Shown here: positions 38,227 to 51,395 of the stretch, piece after piece | How the letters are laid out: each line of letters opens with the position of its first letter | Position numbering within the stretch: position 1 is the first letter of the stretch | DNA from: Octopus sinensis | Lineage: Eukaryota | Assembly: GCF_006345805.1 (NCBI RefSeq) | Contig: NC_043002.1 | Location: forward strand, 71,362,001 to 71,426,000 | Reading direction: 5' to 3' | DNA: 64,000 bases | Program-made: the position numbers and the translations under genes | Notes under the pieces: generated by a model | The model's database searches: none | Told to the model about the DNA's origin: nothing | What the model saw: the letters and a program-made list of their open reading frames with translations, nothing else

Positions 38227-39510
38227 TTGAGCTGTCTGGAAAGTTCGTACCGATTAATAATAGCTTACGTTTCGATTTATTTTAGAACATGGTTGAGTCC
38301 ATAAAATAGGATTTGACGACACCTCCATTTAGAGCACAGCTTAAGCTATCTTTTCGTGGAAGAAGGTTTATGTTCCTATAACCTGTATTAATTCTGTAAA
38401 CCTTTAAAATGGAAGATAAGAAAGTTCATTTTAGGCTTTTGTTTTTCCGTAAAAGGAAAAATGCCGCACAAGCAACCAAAGAAATATCCGCAGTTTACGA
38501 TGATGTTCTTTTATCCGAAAGAATTGTACGGAAATGGCTCGCAAGGTTCCAAGCTGAAGATTGTAGCCTTATTGATAATGAGCGATCAGGAAGACCATCC
38601 ACTACAGATGATGACCAAATCAAGTCATTAATTGAGAATAACTCACATTGCACAACCCAAGGATTGGAAGAAAGCCTCAACCTATCAAAATCCATCGTTC
38701 ATGAGCACCTGGTAAAGCTTGGGTACACAAATCGCTACGATGTTTGGCTACCACATGAGTTGAGTGAGAAGAACCTTTTGGATCGCATTTCCATCAGTGA
38801 TTCGCTGTATAAACAGAATGAAAAACGCCTGTTTTAAAGCAAATTGTGACAGGTGATGAGAAATGGATTATCTACCGAAATGTTTAGAGAAAGCGATCCT
38901 GGATTAAGCGACATGAGCCACCCTTAGCTACCCCAAAAGCGGGTCTTCACCCTAAAAAAATGTCTTGCTTTGTGTCTTATGGGATTGGAAAGGAATTCTG
39001 TACTATGAGCTTCTCCCAAGTAACCAGATAATCAATTCTGAAAAGACAAAAACTGCACACAACTGGACGAGTTAAAAGCAGCAATTCAAGAATTGGCAAA
39101 TGTCCAGAATTGGCCAACAGGAAGGGTGTTGTTTTCCAACATGATAATGCAAGACCGCACGTTTCTTTGGGAACCAGACAAACATTTCTGCAGCTCGGCT
39201 GGGATGTGTTACCCAACCCTCCATATCATCAGATATTGTTCATTAGGTTTCCAGCTATTCAGGTCTCTGCCGAATAGTCTTAATGGTAAATATGTCAATT
39301 CCTTGGATGACATAAAAAGATACCTAGATAAATTCTTTGCCATGAAACCACCTCAATTCTGAGAAGAAGGTATTTTCAAGATAAAGGAAAGAGGGAGACG
39401 CATTGTGCAACAAAACGGTTCATATTTGGTTGATTAAAAATGTAATGGCAAGTATTTATTGACATTTTTCTGTCCTTTAAAAATAGGCACGAACTTTCCG
39501 GACAGCCCTA
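38227..39510 (+). mobile_element. Full-length (1284 bp) mariner, mellifera-like, with inactivated transposase
   Basis: TA target duplications and ~29-bp TIRs. ORF from 38409 reads MEDKKVHFR...SGRP...WLPHEL...VTGDEKW...AGLHPKK, with stops and frameshifts. Confidence 0.96.
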
Positions 39511-39544
39511 TACATTAGCTGAAAATTGTTTTGCAATAAATAAT

Positions 39545-39740
39545 GATTTCAGATCTTGGAACAAGGCCAGACATTTTGAGCTAGGGGATGTAAATCGATT
39601 ACATCGGTCATTGTGCACAATTTTGTACATATTCAAGCAACCACGAAATGATAAAATGCAAAGTCAACCTCTGCAAACTCAGAACATGAAGACGGTTGAA
39701 ATGCCGCTAAACATCTCGCCAGGTGTGCGAACGATTTTAC
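39545..39740 (-). mobile_element. SINE family B, diverged
   Basis: acaaggccagacattttgagctagggg...tcgattacatcg...aactcagaac. Confidence 0.75.
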
Positions 39741-39893
39741 ACGCTCGCGACATAAGAAGATACTTTAAATCTACATTAACTAAAAATTATTTTGCAATAA
39801 ATATTAAAGGCAAGATTATATTAAGTATTGAGATTTAATTCCCAACTTATTTATATCATATTAAGTATTAAGACTTATTTTCCTACTCGTGCG

Positions 39894-40276
39894 TTATTAT
39901 TACCTCCGCCTTCGCTAAGGGAAAGGTTTGTTTTCAGTCGTGTTTGTTTCTTTGTTTACTTGTCCGTAGACAAGATATATCAAGAACCGCTGGATGGATT
40001 CGAGTGAAACTTTCGGGGATGTCTGGCCTCGTTGCTGGTACGAACTCATTAGATTTGGGGATCAACCCGGTATCGGACAAGGATTCTGGATTAGACTTCC
40101 TTTTTTTTTTACTTAATTTATGAAAGCAATCGGGTTCACTTTTAGTATTGTCGTTTGCGAGAGCAGTCGAGTTTATTTCAGATATTCTCATTTTAAAAAT
40201 CATGTCTGGCTAATCGTTGGGTGGATGTTGGTGTTGCCTTGGCGGAGGATATTGCGCTCTCTGAATGCTCTTGTTT
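39894..40276 (+). mobile_element. Helentron-associated/DINE-1-like non-autonomous element (HINE-like)
   Basis: Subterminal inverted repeats CCTCCGCC (~39903) and GGCGGAGG (40241), a gtttgtt tract, 'ggatggattcgagtgaaacttt' and terminal gcgctctctgaatgctcttgttt. Confidence 0.7.
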
Positions 40277-41332
40277 AGTATAATTTTATGAAATATTCGC
40301 CATTGATATCCTCATAAGCCAGGACTCACAAATTCTTATCATATTAACTTATTTCATTGAATGTGTTTTATTCTTATGATAGTGTTATGTAGTTGAAAAA
40401 AGTCTGAACTACACTTGCAATAAATCATTAAATGACTAAACACTTGCAATGTAGGGTCCTTCATTTCTATTTGTCAAATTCATTTTTGATTTTTACCCCG
40501 AAGGTAAATCTTGGTCAACTTCTACAGCCAAAGTCACTAAAATTATATTATCATTTGTTTGTTTTTATCTCTGCCATCATCAGAATTAAATGTTAGGCAT
40601 TAATATGAAAATATATAAAATGTAAGTCGAGTTTAATTCATCTTATTTCAAGGCATGAGGCATGAATAATTTTCTATTTAAAGAAAAAAAGATTAGAAGC
40701 AATTTTTTCTACAAATAACTATTGTGTCACACATAATCATAGTCAGTGGTATTACAACAAGCATACACACACACACACACGCACACACACATACACACAC
40801 ACACGCACATATACACACACACACACGCACGCACATATGTATGTATATGTGCAGATGGTGTGCTTGGAGATCATTACGCCGTCTGTTATGAAATCAGAAA
40901 CACATGCCAACTCAGTTATATATATGTATGTAATGTTTCCCTGTCATACCCACTTAATTTCATTCATTCCCTGGTCAGTAACAGAGTTAAATATTTTCAT
41001 TCTACTTTGAAAATGTTATACCTCGGTAACAATTTGGCTGAGTCGTTATACCTACGAATGAAATGCCTTTCATATTTCATGTATTCTGAGCTGAAAACCC
41101 GCTGCTGACAACTTTTCTCTTCGTCCTACGTGGGAAGATGCGTATAGTAGTACTCTAAGGCATTGAAGTGGTGGACAGGCGAGAGGGCCAGATGGAATGC
41201 AAATCAGCATCTAAATGGAATAACATTCTCCTACAATGTGTGGTGGATGGCATATTCAAATACCTTTCAATCATCCAAGCAACTATAATATCAGAAATTA
41301 TTGTTAGATAAACGACTGATGGCGTTGAATAA

Positions 41333-41566
41333 GCAGAGTCGTTAGCACGTCGGACAAAATGCTGTCGCGGCCTTTCTTATGGGTTTAGGTTCTAAGATCA
41401 AATTCAACTGAAGTTGACTTCACCCCATCCGGGGTCGATAAAATATGTACCATTTGACCCCAAAGAATGAACGTCAAAAATTGTCCGCAACGAAACTTGA
41501 ACTCACAACATAAAGAGCCGGATGAAATGTCGCTAAGCACTTTGTCCGACGTGCTAGCGATTCTGT
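41333..41566. repeat. Two SINE B heads in tail-to-tail inverted arrangement
   Basis: gcagagtcgttagcacgtcggacaaaatgct versus agcactttgtccgacgtgctagcgattctgt. Confidence 0.85.
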
Positions 41567-43071
41567 CAATTCTGCTTCCTGATATATTGTAACAGATTTG
41601 AAAATTCAAAAGAGTAAAATATGATCCCTTGGTAATTCTTGCTTTAAAGGGTTTGTGAATACCATAATATACAGAACTCTAGGCAAAAAACACCATATTA
41701 TATTTCTTTCTATTTTGAGTTCAAATCCCGGCAGAGTCAACCCTGAATACCACTTTCCTACTATCGATGAATAACTTCGGTTACTGCGTCCAGTCTACCT
41801 AATTGACTGTGCTTCCCTTTCAATAATTGTGGTCATATGGCAATGCAAGTCATTAAAATTATGCATATTGAAATAGATATTCAATGAGGAAACATGCAGT
41901 GATCATGGAACTTTTAGTAGTGAACTAATCAATTACATTTTGTGTCCCCTGGGATGCCATAGGGAAACGATTCGCTCGTTTAAAGATAAGCATCGGGACA
42001 GTCACATCCAACAGATCGGATGATAGATCGGTCACTTTTCACACTACCACGAGTGAGCCTTCAGTTTTTCACTTTTCTTGCTGTAATTATTTTCTACCAG
42101 CTGCTGTAACTTAAGCTGGTTTATAACCAATGAAGTAAACGCAGTAATTATATTTTCAGAGCACAGTTACAAATTTAATAATATCATAAACTGATTAACA
42201 GTTTTTTATAGACCGTAGTCACTATCATAAGAAATATTATTACAGCACTAGATATGATTAGTAAGTCTTACAGCAGAAATCAACATGAAAATTAATTATC
42301 TTTGTCATATAACACATTTTTCATCAAATAATTTTCATCTAGATGCTCTAATATGATCAGACTTGTTTTTGCACACTTGTTGAATAATATATTTGTTTCA
42401 AAACAAATTGGAAATGCTGAAACCTCAATTTCAGAAACCGATTTCTCTCTTCACTGTTACAAACTCGGTATTGCCACCGTTCGTGAGAGAATGAGACCAA
42501 GTCTCCACAGTCTAGATCATATGATATCTTAGTGTGCAGCTTCCCACTGTATATTCGCATATGCAGTGTTACTTTTTCTTTGTTTAACCAACTCAAGCAG
42601 ACCTAAGATATTAGTATTGGGTCTATACAGTATCTCCCTGCAGTTCAGATTACGTAGTCCAAAATGCCTTTGTGTGGTTTTTTTCCAGACGGTAAAGTAT
42701 GCATCGTGTATAATTTGAACGTTTCATCAACTGGATACAAAGGCCTCTTCTGAATTTTTTTCAGCATGAAATAGGTAATCACCCTTTATTATCACTCACA
42801 TCATCAGAAATTCATTGTCCAGCTGTATATATGTAACCACGTATACCATTGCCCATTAATTGCGATATAAAAACAGCCCAAATAACTTGATAATACGTGA
42901 CACTAAAATGACATAATGACATACGCCAGTATACGACAATTGGTCCAAGGTTTCTTCTGTCTAATACGAATCATATTTAACATTGATTAATTTCATATGA
43001 TTAAAACAAGGCGTTTCAACATTCTCTTCGTGTAACTGTATAGTGATTGCTAGTGTTTATATATATATATA

Positions 43072-43235
43072 TAGGCGTAAGAGTGGCTGTCCGGTAAGTA
43101 CCTTGCTTGCGAACCACATGGTTCTGGATTCAGTCCCACGGCGTGGCACCTTGGGCAAGTGTTTGCTACTATAGCCTCGGGCAGACCAAAGCCTTGCGAG
43201 TGGCTTTGGTAGACGGAAACTGAAAGAAGTCCGTC

Positions 43236-43283
<48 letters not shown>

Positions 43284-43452
43284 TTGTGTGTGTGTGTCTG
43301 TGTGTCTGTATGTCTGTGTGTGTGCGCGCGCGCGCGCGTGTGTGTGTGTGCTTGACAACCGATGCTGGTGTGTTTACGTCCCCGTAACTTAGCGTTTCGG
43401 CAAAAGAGACCGATAGAATAAGTACTAGGCTTACAAACAATAAGTCCTGGGG
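43072..43452 (+). mobile_element. SINE family A, 3'-truncated
   Basis: Head, microsatellite and 3' module up to aataagtcctgggg. Confidence 0.92.
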
Positions 43453-43493
43453 CCTCATATATATGTAAGTTATATATTGTTTGTATATATAAC

Positions 43494-43550
<57 letters not shown>

Positions 43551-43789
43551 GCTCATTTAAATATTTTGATTGATATTTACAGTAACAAGAAGAGGCAATC
43601 CTATTTCGAAAATTTACGCTATTCAGCAGCTTTGGAGTATATTATTTGCATGATCTACAGGCTACCTTGCGTTTGAAAATAAGTATTCTGACTTCCCTGG
43701 AATGTTCTACCCAAGAGTTAGTGACGTAAATGGCGTACTGTGGTATTTCAATACCCAATGGGGTTGTAGTCGACAGCCGTTATATACAG

Positions 43790-43930
43790 TACACTAAGGT
43801 CCTCCACAGATCACGGATATGTGCTAAGCTCGGATCACCTCAAATGACATGCCTGTCCATTTCTTAACATTGTCCGGTCATATTTTCTCCTGTTCGTTTC
43901 TCCTATTTCTCCCTCTACAATTCCTGCAAA
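43790..43930 (-). pseudogene. RTE-clade LINE C-terminal remnant
   Basis: GIVEGEIG...DNVKKWTGMSFEVIRA resembles RTE 'VEG.R.RGR...W.DN.K.WTG'. Confidence 0.55.
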
Positions 43931-44559
43931 AATTGATTCTACAACACCAGTAAGCTTTGTTCAGCATGAAATAGATAAACACCCTCTGTTATCACTCACT
44001 TCACCAGAAATGCACTTATCCAGTTGTATATATGTAACCACATATACTATTACCCACTAATTGCGATATAAAAGTAAATCAAATAATTTGATAATATGTG
44101 ACACTAAAATAACACATACGCTACTATACGAAATTTGCTCCAAGCTTTCTTCTGTCCTCATCTAATAAGAATCATATTTGACATTAATCTGAACTGCAGT
44201 GGAATGTAATCTGAACATAATCTGAACTCCAGTGGAATATTATGTAGACATGAATACTGTATAGACACTAATCTTAGTTTTCTCTTCAACAACATTGAAA
44301 TTCTAGGTGGTTTCAGGAACTTACTATGATGGGATGCAGTCTAAGTACCGGGCACCTGATATGTTGCAGTACTTTGTCGTTTCGCGTGTCTATCTTTGTT
44401 TATATTTTGCGGTATGTGTAAATGGTTCGCATGCGTACTGGTGTACCACTGCACTCAAGAATCTGATTTGCTTTCCTTGTGAAGCCCATCCTTCTCCATA
44501 TTACTTGTGGGTTAGTGCAGTTATAATGTGAACGATTCTTACTAGGATTTCAGATCTTG

Positions 44560-44860
44560 ACCCATCATCAGAAGTAAGGAACCTCACTAGTTGAACTGTT
44601 GCACTATATGTATTGTTTTCCCTTATAAAGAGCTGTCTGAGCTATCAATAAAGCTGATATCGTTGGCATTTGTCCTGACATGTTTTTACTTGTTTATTTT
44701 CAGCTGATTCCCATCCCAAGATTAATGAAGGCTTTATGAAGTTAGCCGACTAATTCGACTTTTCCTTATCTTCCTCCCTTGTCAGTCCATTAAAGTCACC
44801 TACCGTTATTTACTTGTGATGTGTTTCCTCAGATACTGACATTGCCCACATCTTCTTCAA
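44560..44860 (-). pseudogene. Possible APE endonuclease remnant of a LINE
   Basis: ITVGDFNGL (GDFN motif) followed by eroded downstream motifs. Confidence 0.35.
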
Positions 44861-47044
44861 GGAACATATCGTAGAGACGGAAACAGACACTACTACTCAC
44901 TGTTACATGGATGTAAACCCATTGGATGCTGCAAGGTGTCCTATCACCCATTTTGAATAGCTTCATTGTAGCTCATTAATTATCATCCTCAAAGCTATCA
45001 TACGTTTTATTAAAGTCTCTGAAAACATGATATAATTAATTTGGTGCTGCTCTATGGAGCTTTCACAGAAGATGCGGTGGTTGAGCTATTTTCAACTGTA
45101 TTTCTACATGTGTGGAAGCCTGCTTGTTTGTCGGTTATGATGTTTAGCCTAAATATAGTTTGCTAATGGAAAATACTAAGATAGCTGCCGTTCATGTCAA
45201 CCAGGTTTTAATGCAGAGGGATGTAAAGGACTTTTGCGCGGCGCATTCATCCACAATTTAACAATTCAATTGAGCTGTTGATGCCGTTTAGAGGTCATAC
45301 TGCGACGTTAACGTCTTGCATTATTGAGTAGTCATCGTCATAGGGAAGTGGAAGCTAACATAAATGCCGTATATTTGAGTGATACTATTATCAGAGAATT
45401 TTTCTCACGGGATATTTTGAAACGTAGTTCTTCATATCTGAAAACGGTATTTGTCATCTGTTCTTTTAAAGAATATGTAAAGTTGTCTAGACAGAGAGGG
45501 AGATCTACTGAAGTGTTTTAAATCTTTCTCGAAAGTGAAAGTAAAATTATGAAAAGTTTTATATCACGCCTGAATGCATCCGTGTTGCTTCATCTTCATA
45601 TTTCCTGAATGATTCACGGAATTTTGTCTATACAAAATATTTATTAATAAGATGAATGATATTTCCTTTCTGACAAGGAATTATTTTGGTGAACTTCGTA
45701 TTTACTATATTTAGCAGCAATAAGTATATTAGATACACTATGTTCCTTTTCAACTTAGATAAACGCTATTTTCAAAATGTTGTCATTTGAAATTATTTTT
45801 GCAGTAACAGTTATTTATATCTTCCATGAACTCAAACCATATTCCAACATCCAAATAGATTCCAATTGAAATTTTATTGTTCAATACACATAGCCTAAAG
45901 AATAAATGAAACAAATTCCGTTGGTGCAATCAAGTATCGTAAGTTTTACTGTACTTTAGTTAATTATAGACAGCAGTCTGTGAAACCTAGTCAAATATAA
46001 AGGTTTGCACTCCAGGGCAACAGAGGGAAAGAAATGTTTCCTGGACGTATGTTGGTTCGTACGTAGTTGTTTTATCTGCGGATGGCATTTAATCAATATC
46101 GTCAGTAACTTGGAAAAAGCTGTCAGCCGTTAACCACCAATGTATTGATTGAGAGAGTTTTAAATACATTTTAAGATCTTTGCTCCCAACAATCAAAGCA
46201 AATTAAGAAAGAAACTACAAAGAAAATAGTAAATATTTTCTCTTCAAACTCTTTATGCTCTTTTGAATAATGGACATGCCTATCTATTGTTCAAAACTAT
46301 CTCTTATGTGTAGGCGAATCCAATGGTATCTTATGTTCGTATCTTTTATATCCAAAGTGACTTTATCACAACCATTTGTTTACTTCTCGCTTAAGTGATG
46401 TACTGCAAAGCCTGAGACCATAAGCTAATATCTTCTCTGTAAGTGCAATTATTTTACATGTATTTGAATTCTTTTGATACCTGAACAAGTTCGGTAAACA
46501 TATTAGAAATACGTTTCCAATCTATTTGAACCGGAGAGAGTAACCAAGCACGGAAGCAATCCATTCAATGATTGGAAATATTTTCTGATAATTTCGGACA
46601 CAAAATGATTTATTTAATATATTTTAGATACACATTATCGAAATTGAAGCATCTGGGAAATTCTAGCTCTTACGTCGACTGGAAATATATCTATTTAACA
46701 TGTTTGTTCAACCAAAGTTTTAGTAAATCAAATAAAGGAAAGAGCTTTATTAGCTGGCTATTTTAGAGCAAGCAGGTAGCGTTTAGGAATATATTACGGT
46801 AAGTTATTTCTTGATAACCGAGTAAACGTTGAGCATACAGCGGTGTTGTTGTTTAATACTATGCAATCCCTATCACAAAGCCATGCGATCAGATACGTTC
46901 TCGCTGTTACTAATCTCTCTTACGTCCAGAAATAAGAATTTCAAAAGAGTTAAAGACAGCATTATTTTATCAGCTCTCTCAATCTTTACAGCAGAAGTGT
47001 GTAGCTTTAAAACAGAACAGTAAGTTTCGCTGCAATTTCTTGCA

Positions 47045-47338
47045 GGTCTCGTGGTTAGAGCAGCGGACTCGCGGTCGAAGGATCGTGGGTTCGAATATCA
47101 GACCGGGCAATGTGTGTGTCTATGAACGAAAAACCTAAGCTCCTCGTGGCTCCGGCAGAAGGTAATGGCGAACTTCTGCTGACTCTTTCGCCACGACTTT
47201 CTCTCACTCTTTCCTCCTGCATCTTGCAGCTCACATGCGACGGAACGGCACCTCGTCCTGGTGGGGAACTTATACGCCAAGAAACCGGGAAACCGGCCTT
47301 TATGAGCCAGGCATGGCTCGAGAAGGAACGAAAAAAAA
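47045..47338 (+). mobile_element. SINE family D with an alternative 3' tail
   Basis: Head and body as at 17427, but the tail is gggaacttatacgccaagaaaccggg...gagaaggaac. Confidence 0.88.
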
Positions 47339-47629
47339 GCAGGGGGGAAAGCAAATCGTCCAGTCCGATTTAGAATAAACGTGAACTCAGTGATAAGGTT
47401 TGCCACAAGTTACAAATTTCCAATAACTGTTCTAGTTATTGCTTCGAAATGTCGTCAGAAATTTTAAAGGCCGCACTTACCTAATCGATCGCGGCACTTA
47501 CCTAATACTTAATTTCATTAGGTTTCTAGGGATAAAAGTCGAAATTGTTCTTGGCACAGTCTGAATACAAAGTATAAAGAACGCGACGAATATTATCTAT
47601 TTTTCTTTAGTTTATTCTTTTATTTGTTT

Positions 47630-47885
47630 TATTCTTTTTATTTGTTTGACTGCGGCAGTGCTGGAGCACCGCATTTAGTCGAGCAAATCAACCCCAGGAC
47701 TTATTGTTTGTAAGTCTAGTACTTATTCTATCAGATTCTTTCGCCGAACCGCTAAGTTGCGGGGACATAAAGACACCAGCAGCAGTTGTCAAGCGATGTT
47801 GGGGGGACAAACACAGACACACAAACATATACACACACATAAATATATATATATACATGTATACGACGGGCTTCTTTCAGTTTCC
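47630..47885 (-). mobile_element. SINE family A, 3' module
   Basis: Reverse complement of the tail and 3' module. Confidence 0.9.
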
Positions 47886-48744
47886 GTATTCCAGAGACAG
47901 TATATAATTGATCACAAACAAAACAGGGTATGGCAAAACAGTAAAGCTTATATCAACAAAGTTATATGATAGGATCAATCGCTTAATCTAAGTATTTAAC
48001 AGTATATTTATGCCGTTAAACTACAAATAATATTCGTTCAAAAGCAGAAAAGTCTCCTTGTGCATCGATAGATCGCTTTCTAAAGACCTCGAGCTATAAA
48101 AAGTATAAGTAAAACCAAACAAGATTTGAATTCAATTCTGAACCTAGAAGTAAAACAAACTATCCTTCACCATATTGCATGCATGTCACTCTCAAGTGAG
48201 TGTGACTTGGTGACAATATTAAGGTATCACTATTTTTTATCTCTTTCGGTGTACATGAGTTGGAGGGAGAAAACGCTGCACCATCGATCTACTGGTATAT
48301 ATTTCCTGTTGATTAAACTGGAAGAAAGTGAAATAAAGTGCCTTGTTGAAGACATCAATACTAAACCCGATCCAGTGTACGAACTCACAATCTTCACTAC
48401 TTCAATTCTACAAATAGTAACATTAACATTGATGAATATGGGTATTATAATCGCAAGGATGAGTTTAGGGACATTTTCTCTTTACGTCACTAATTCTTTT
48501 CTACGCTTCCTTAGAGTAGAGCATGAATATTTAAGAGAAGATAGCTGAAATGCGGAATAAATTGTCAGAAATTTTGAAATGTTACTCCAAACCTCCTGTC
48601 AGTAGGAAATCATAAATATTAATGCCCTATTAAGCGATTACCTACAAATATAAATGATACAGAGATTCTTGAGAGAATGTTATACACTGTTTTACATAGT
48701 TGCGAAATAAGTATCATTGCCGTTGTGGGATATGTATATATGTA

Positions 48745-48830
<86 letters not shown>

Positions 48831-49929
48831 TATATAAAGGAGCGTATATGCAACACACACATATATATGTATATATATATATGTATGTGTGTGTATCTTT
48901 GTGACTGTGTTTGTCTGTGTGTCCGTATGCATGTGTATGTGTGAGTGTGTGTTGCACATATATCTTATATATATAATATATATATATATATATTTAGGTA
49001 TGCGCGTATGTGTGTGTATGTGTGTGCGTGCAAGTCGATACATAGACGTCATGTATACACACTGAGTATATGGATGTTTTTATCTATGGTAACAGATATA
49101 TAATTTATATATATATAAATCAATTTTCCCTTTGTGTCTGTGTGTTTTTATTTTCTCCAATAAAATCAGAGCCCTGTTTCAAATGCGATTCAAGAATTTC
49201 ATATCAGATTTTAGACATCAAATAATTGCTGTTCTATTCCTGAGTGTATACAATCGTGCATAATCTCACCGACCCACAATACGTGTATCTATATGTATGT
49301 GCGTGTGTGTTTGTGTATGTGAGAGAGTATGTATCTGCGTTCGTGTTCATCCGTGTATTTGAATTCAGTATTCCTAACTATTTTCAGCATTTCACTCGTC
49401 CTTCTGATCGACTCCTACCATGGTTTGTAAATTTAGTCTATCCTCTCTGGTTATACGAAATATTAGGTTTTACAATTAATTTGAAGTTTATAATAACAGC
49501 TTTATTTAAGTCTATTTAAATCTTTAAATACGGATATAGGATTTGTAAATTGCCCTCAATGTTTGTTTCCCTATGTAAATAATTTTTAATTTTTTGCCAA
49601 GCGATATATACACCAACCGGAAGTCTACATACGAAGAAATTTACATAACAAAAGAGTGGATACTGGAGCTTAGGAAACTGTCTATGAGACCAATACTTAA
49701 TTTTCCACTGTATCCCTTTCTTTTCACTGAACTTCTAAATGGTTAATCCGGAGGTAATTCTTTCATCGTAACGTGTGCGTTTTTCATACAGCTGTAATTA
49801 TTATTTAAATATGCTGGATTATTGTTTCGATGAATAAAATTGTATTTACAGCGAATACCATCCCTAGAGAACGAATATCTACCAAGGAAATAGTGTTGAA
49901 CATCTAATAATCCTTTCTATTGGAAGTAC

Positions 49930-50120
49930 AAGGCTTCAAATTTGCGGGAAGAGATTAAGTCGATTACATCGACCCCAATGCGTAGCTGATACTTAATTAA
50001 TTTAATTGACCCCGAAAGGATTAAAGACAAAGCCGACCGCGGCGGAATATGAACGTGAAGACAGACGAAATACCGCAATCTCTCTTCTCCGGCGTGTTAA
50101 CGATTCTGCCACCTCGCCGC
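49930..50120 (-). mobile_element. SINE family B
   Basis: aagtcgattacatcgacccc...gacgaaataccgc...aacgattctgccacctcgccgcc. Confidence 0.88.
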
Positions 50121-50710
50121 CCCAGCATCTCCTAATAATGGTATTTATCAAGAGCATATACTCCGAGTGTACTAGGTATGCACTGCAGACTCAGCGAAAT
50201 TCGAAAATTCATTATATCAACCTTATTCATTAATTTAATCACAAATCTTAATGAAAATATTTTGTTATACCCCTGTTTGAAATTTAGTGGAATTGTGTGT
50301 GATAGCAAACACAATACGAAAACCATCATACACCACTGGTATTTATATCGTCAAAATTTATTTAACACATGTGCACAGTGATGTCCATGGGATTCGAAAG
50401 TTCACATTGAAACTCTGGCATTTCAGGTTTCAGTCTCAAAACATATGTAATGAGATATAAATAAACCAATGGATTTTCTTTTTTTCTAACTTCCTTTTTT
50501 TTTATACAATAACTCTGAAAATAATAGTTGCAGAATTTGATGTGTACAAACTTTAGATATGTACAAAAACGACAGCAACTACATACTGGACTGTAATAAT
50601 GGAATAAACAGATGCGCTTCAAGGAGGAGGAGCTGGTATTTTACTCTATATACGCATATAATATTTGTGTGTATACGTGTGCATGTGGGTGTGTGTTTAC
50701 GTGTGCATAT

Positions 50711-50757
<47 letters not shown>

Positions 50758-50867
50758 GATATATAATATATATATATATAATATAATATAATATAATAAA
50801 TATTAGGGAATAAATCCAAACTTACAGGAAAAATCAGATTCAGGATTGAATCCAATTTTATAGTAAA

Positions 50868-51243
50868 ATATTATATTTATTAAATTAGAGACAAAACCAC
50901 TATTAGGCAAATCAAACAATGAAAAACTTAAGCCAATACATATGATTAATTTATATTATTTAAATATATAACAAAATTATAAAAAAATATAATTAATATC
51001 ACACTACGATCGTTTCATGCCTGCTAACATCTTCAAATTTTGAGTCGCAGTCATTCATCAGTGGGTTAAATATTTTTCTTGGCGAGGTTTAAAACGATCG
51101 TAGTGTGATATTAATTATTTTTTTTTTATAATTTTGTTATATAATTGAAATAATATAAATTAATCATATGTATTGGCTTAAGTTTTTCATTGTTTGATTT
51201 GCCTAATAGTGGTTTTGTCTCTAATTTAAATAATATAATATAT
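50868..51243. repeat. Inverted repeat (~150-bp arms, 76-bp loop), PLE-type terminus
   Basis: 50868-51015 is the reverse complement of 51092-51243. The loop carries a hammerhead core on the minus strand. Confidence 0.93.
51000..51070 (-). ncRNA. Hammerhead-ribozyme-like motif
   Basis: CUGAUGA, stem II (AUG-a-CUGC/GCAG-g-CAU), GAAA, palindromic ACGAUCGU and a GUA triplet. Stem I is weak. Confidence 0.55.
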
Positions 51244-51273
51244 ATATATATATATATATATAATTTAAATATG

Positions 51274-51324
<51 letters not shown>

Positions 51325-51395
51325 TTGGGATTTGGTTTCCAAGTTTCTTTATGTGAGTTCGTGTGTTGAACTCACTTTATGTAAAGTTCGTGCGC

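Larger units (their letters stand above)
42603..44277. repeat. Segment with inverted ends and an internal ~230-bp direct duplication
   Basis: 42603-42654 is inverted relative to ~44185-44277. 42760-42990 and 43960-44190 are about 80% identical. Confidence 0.7.

Noticed and set aside
48126-48548. 140-aa ORF
   Set aside because: Its middle (48290-48410) is a decayed antisense SINE (C/E type) and the start is non-ATG.
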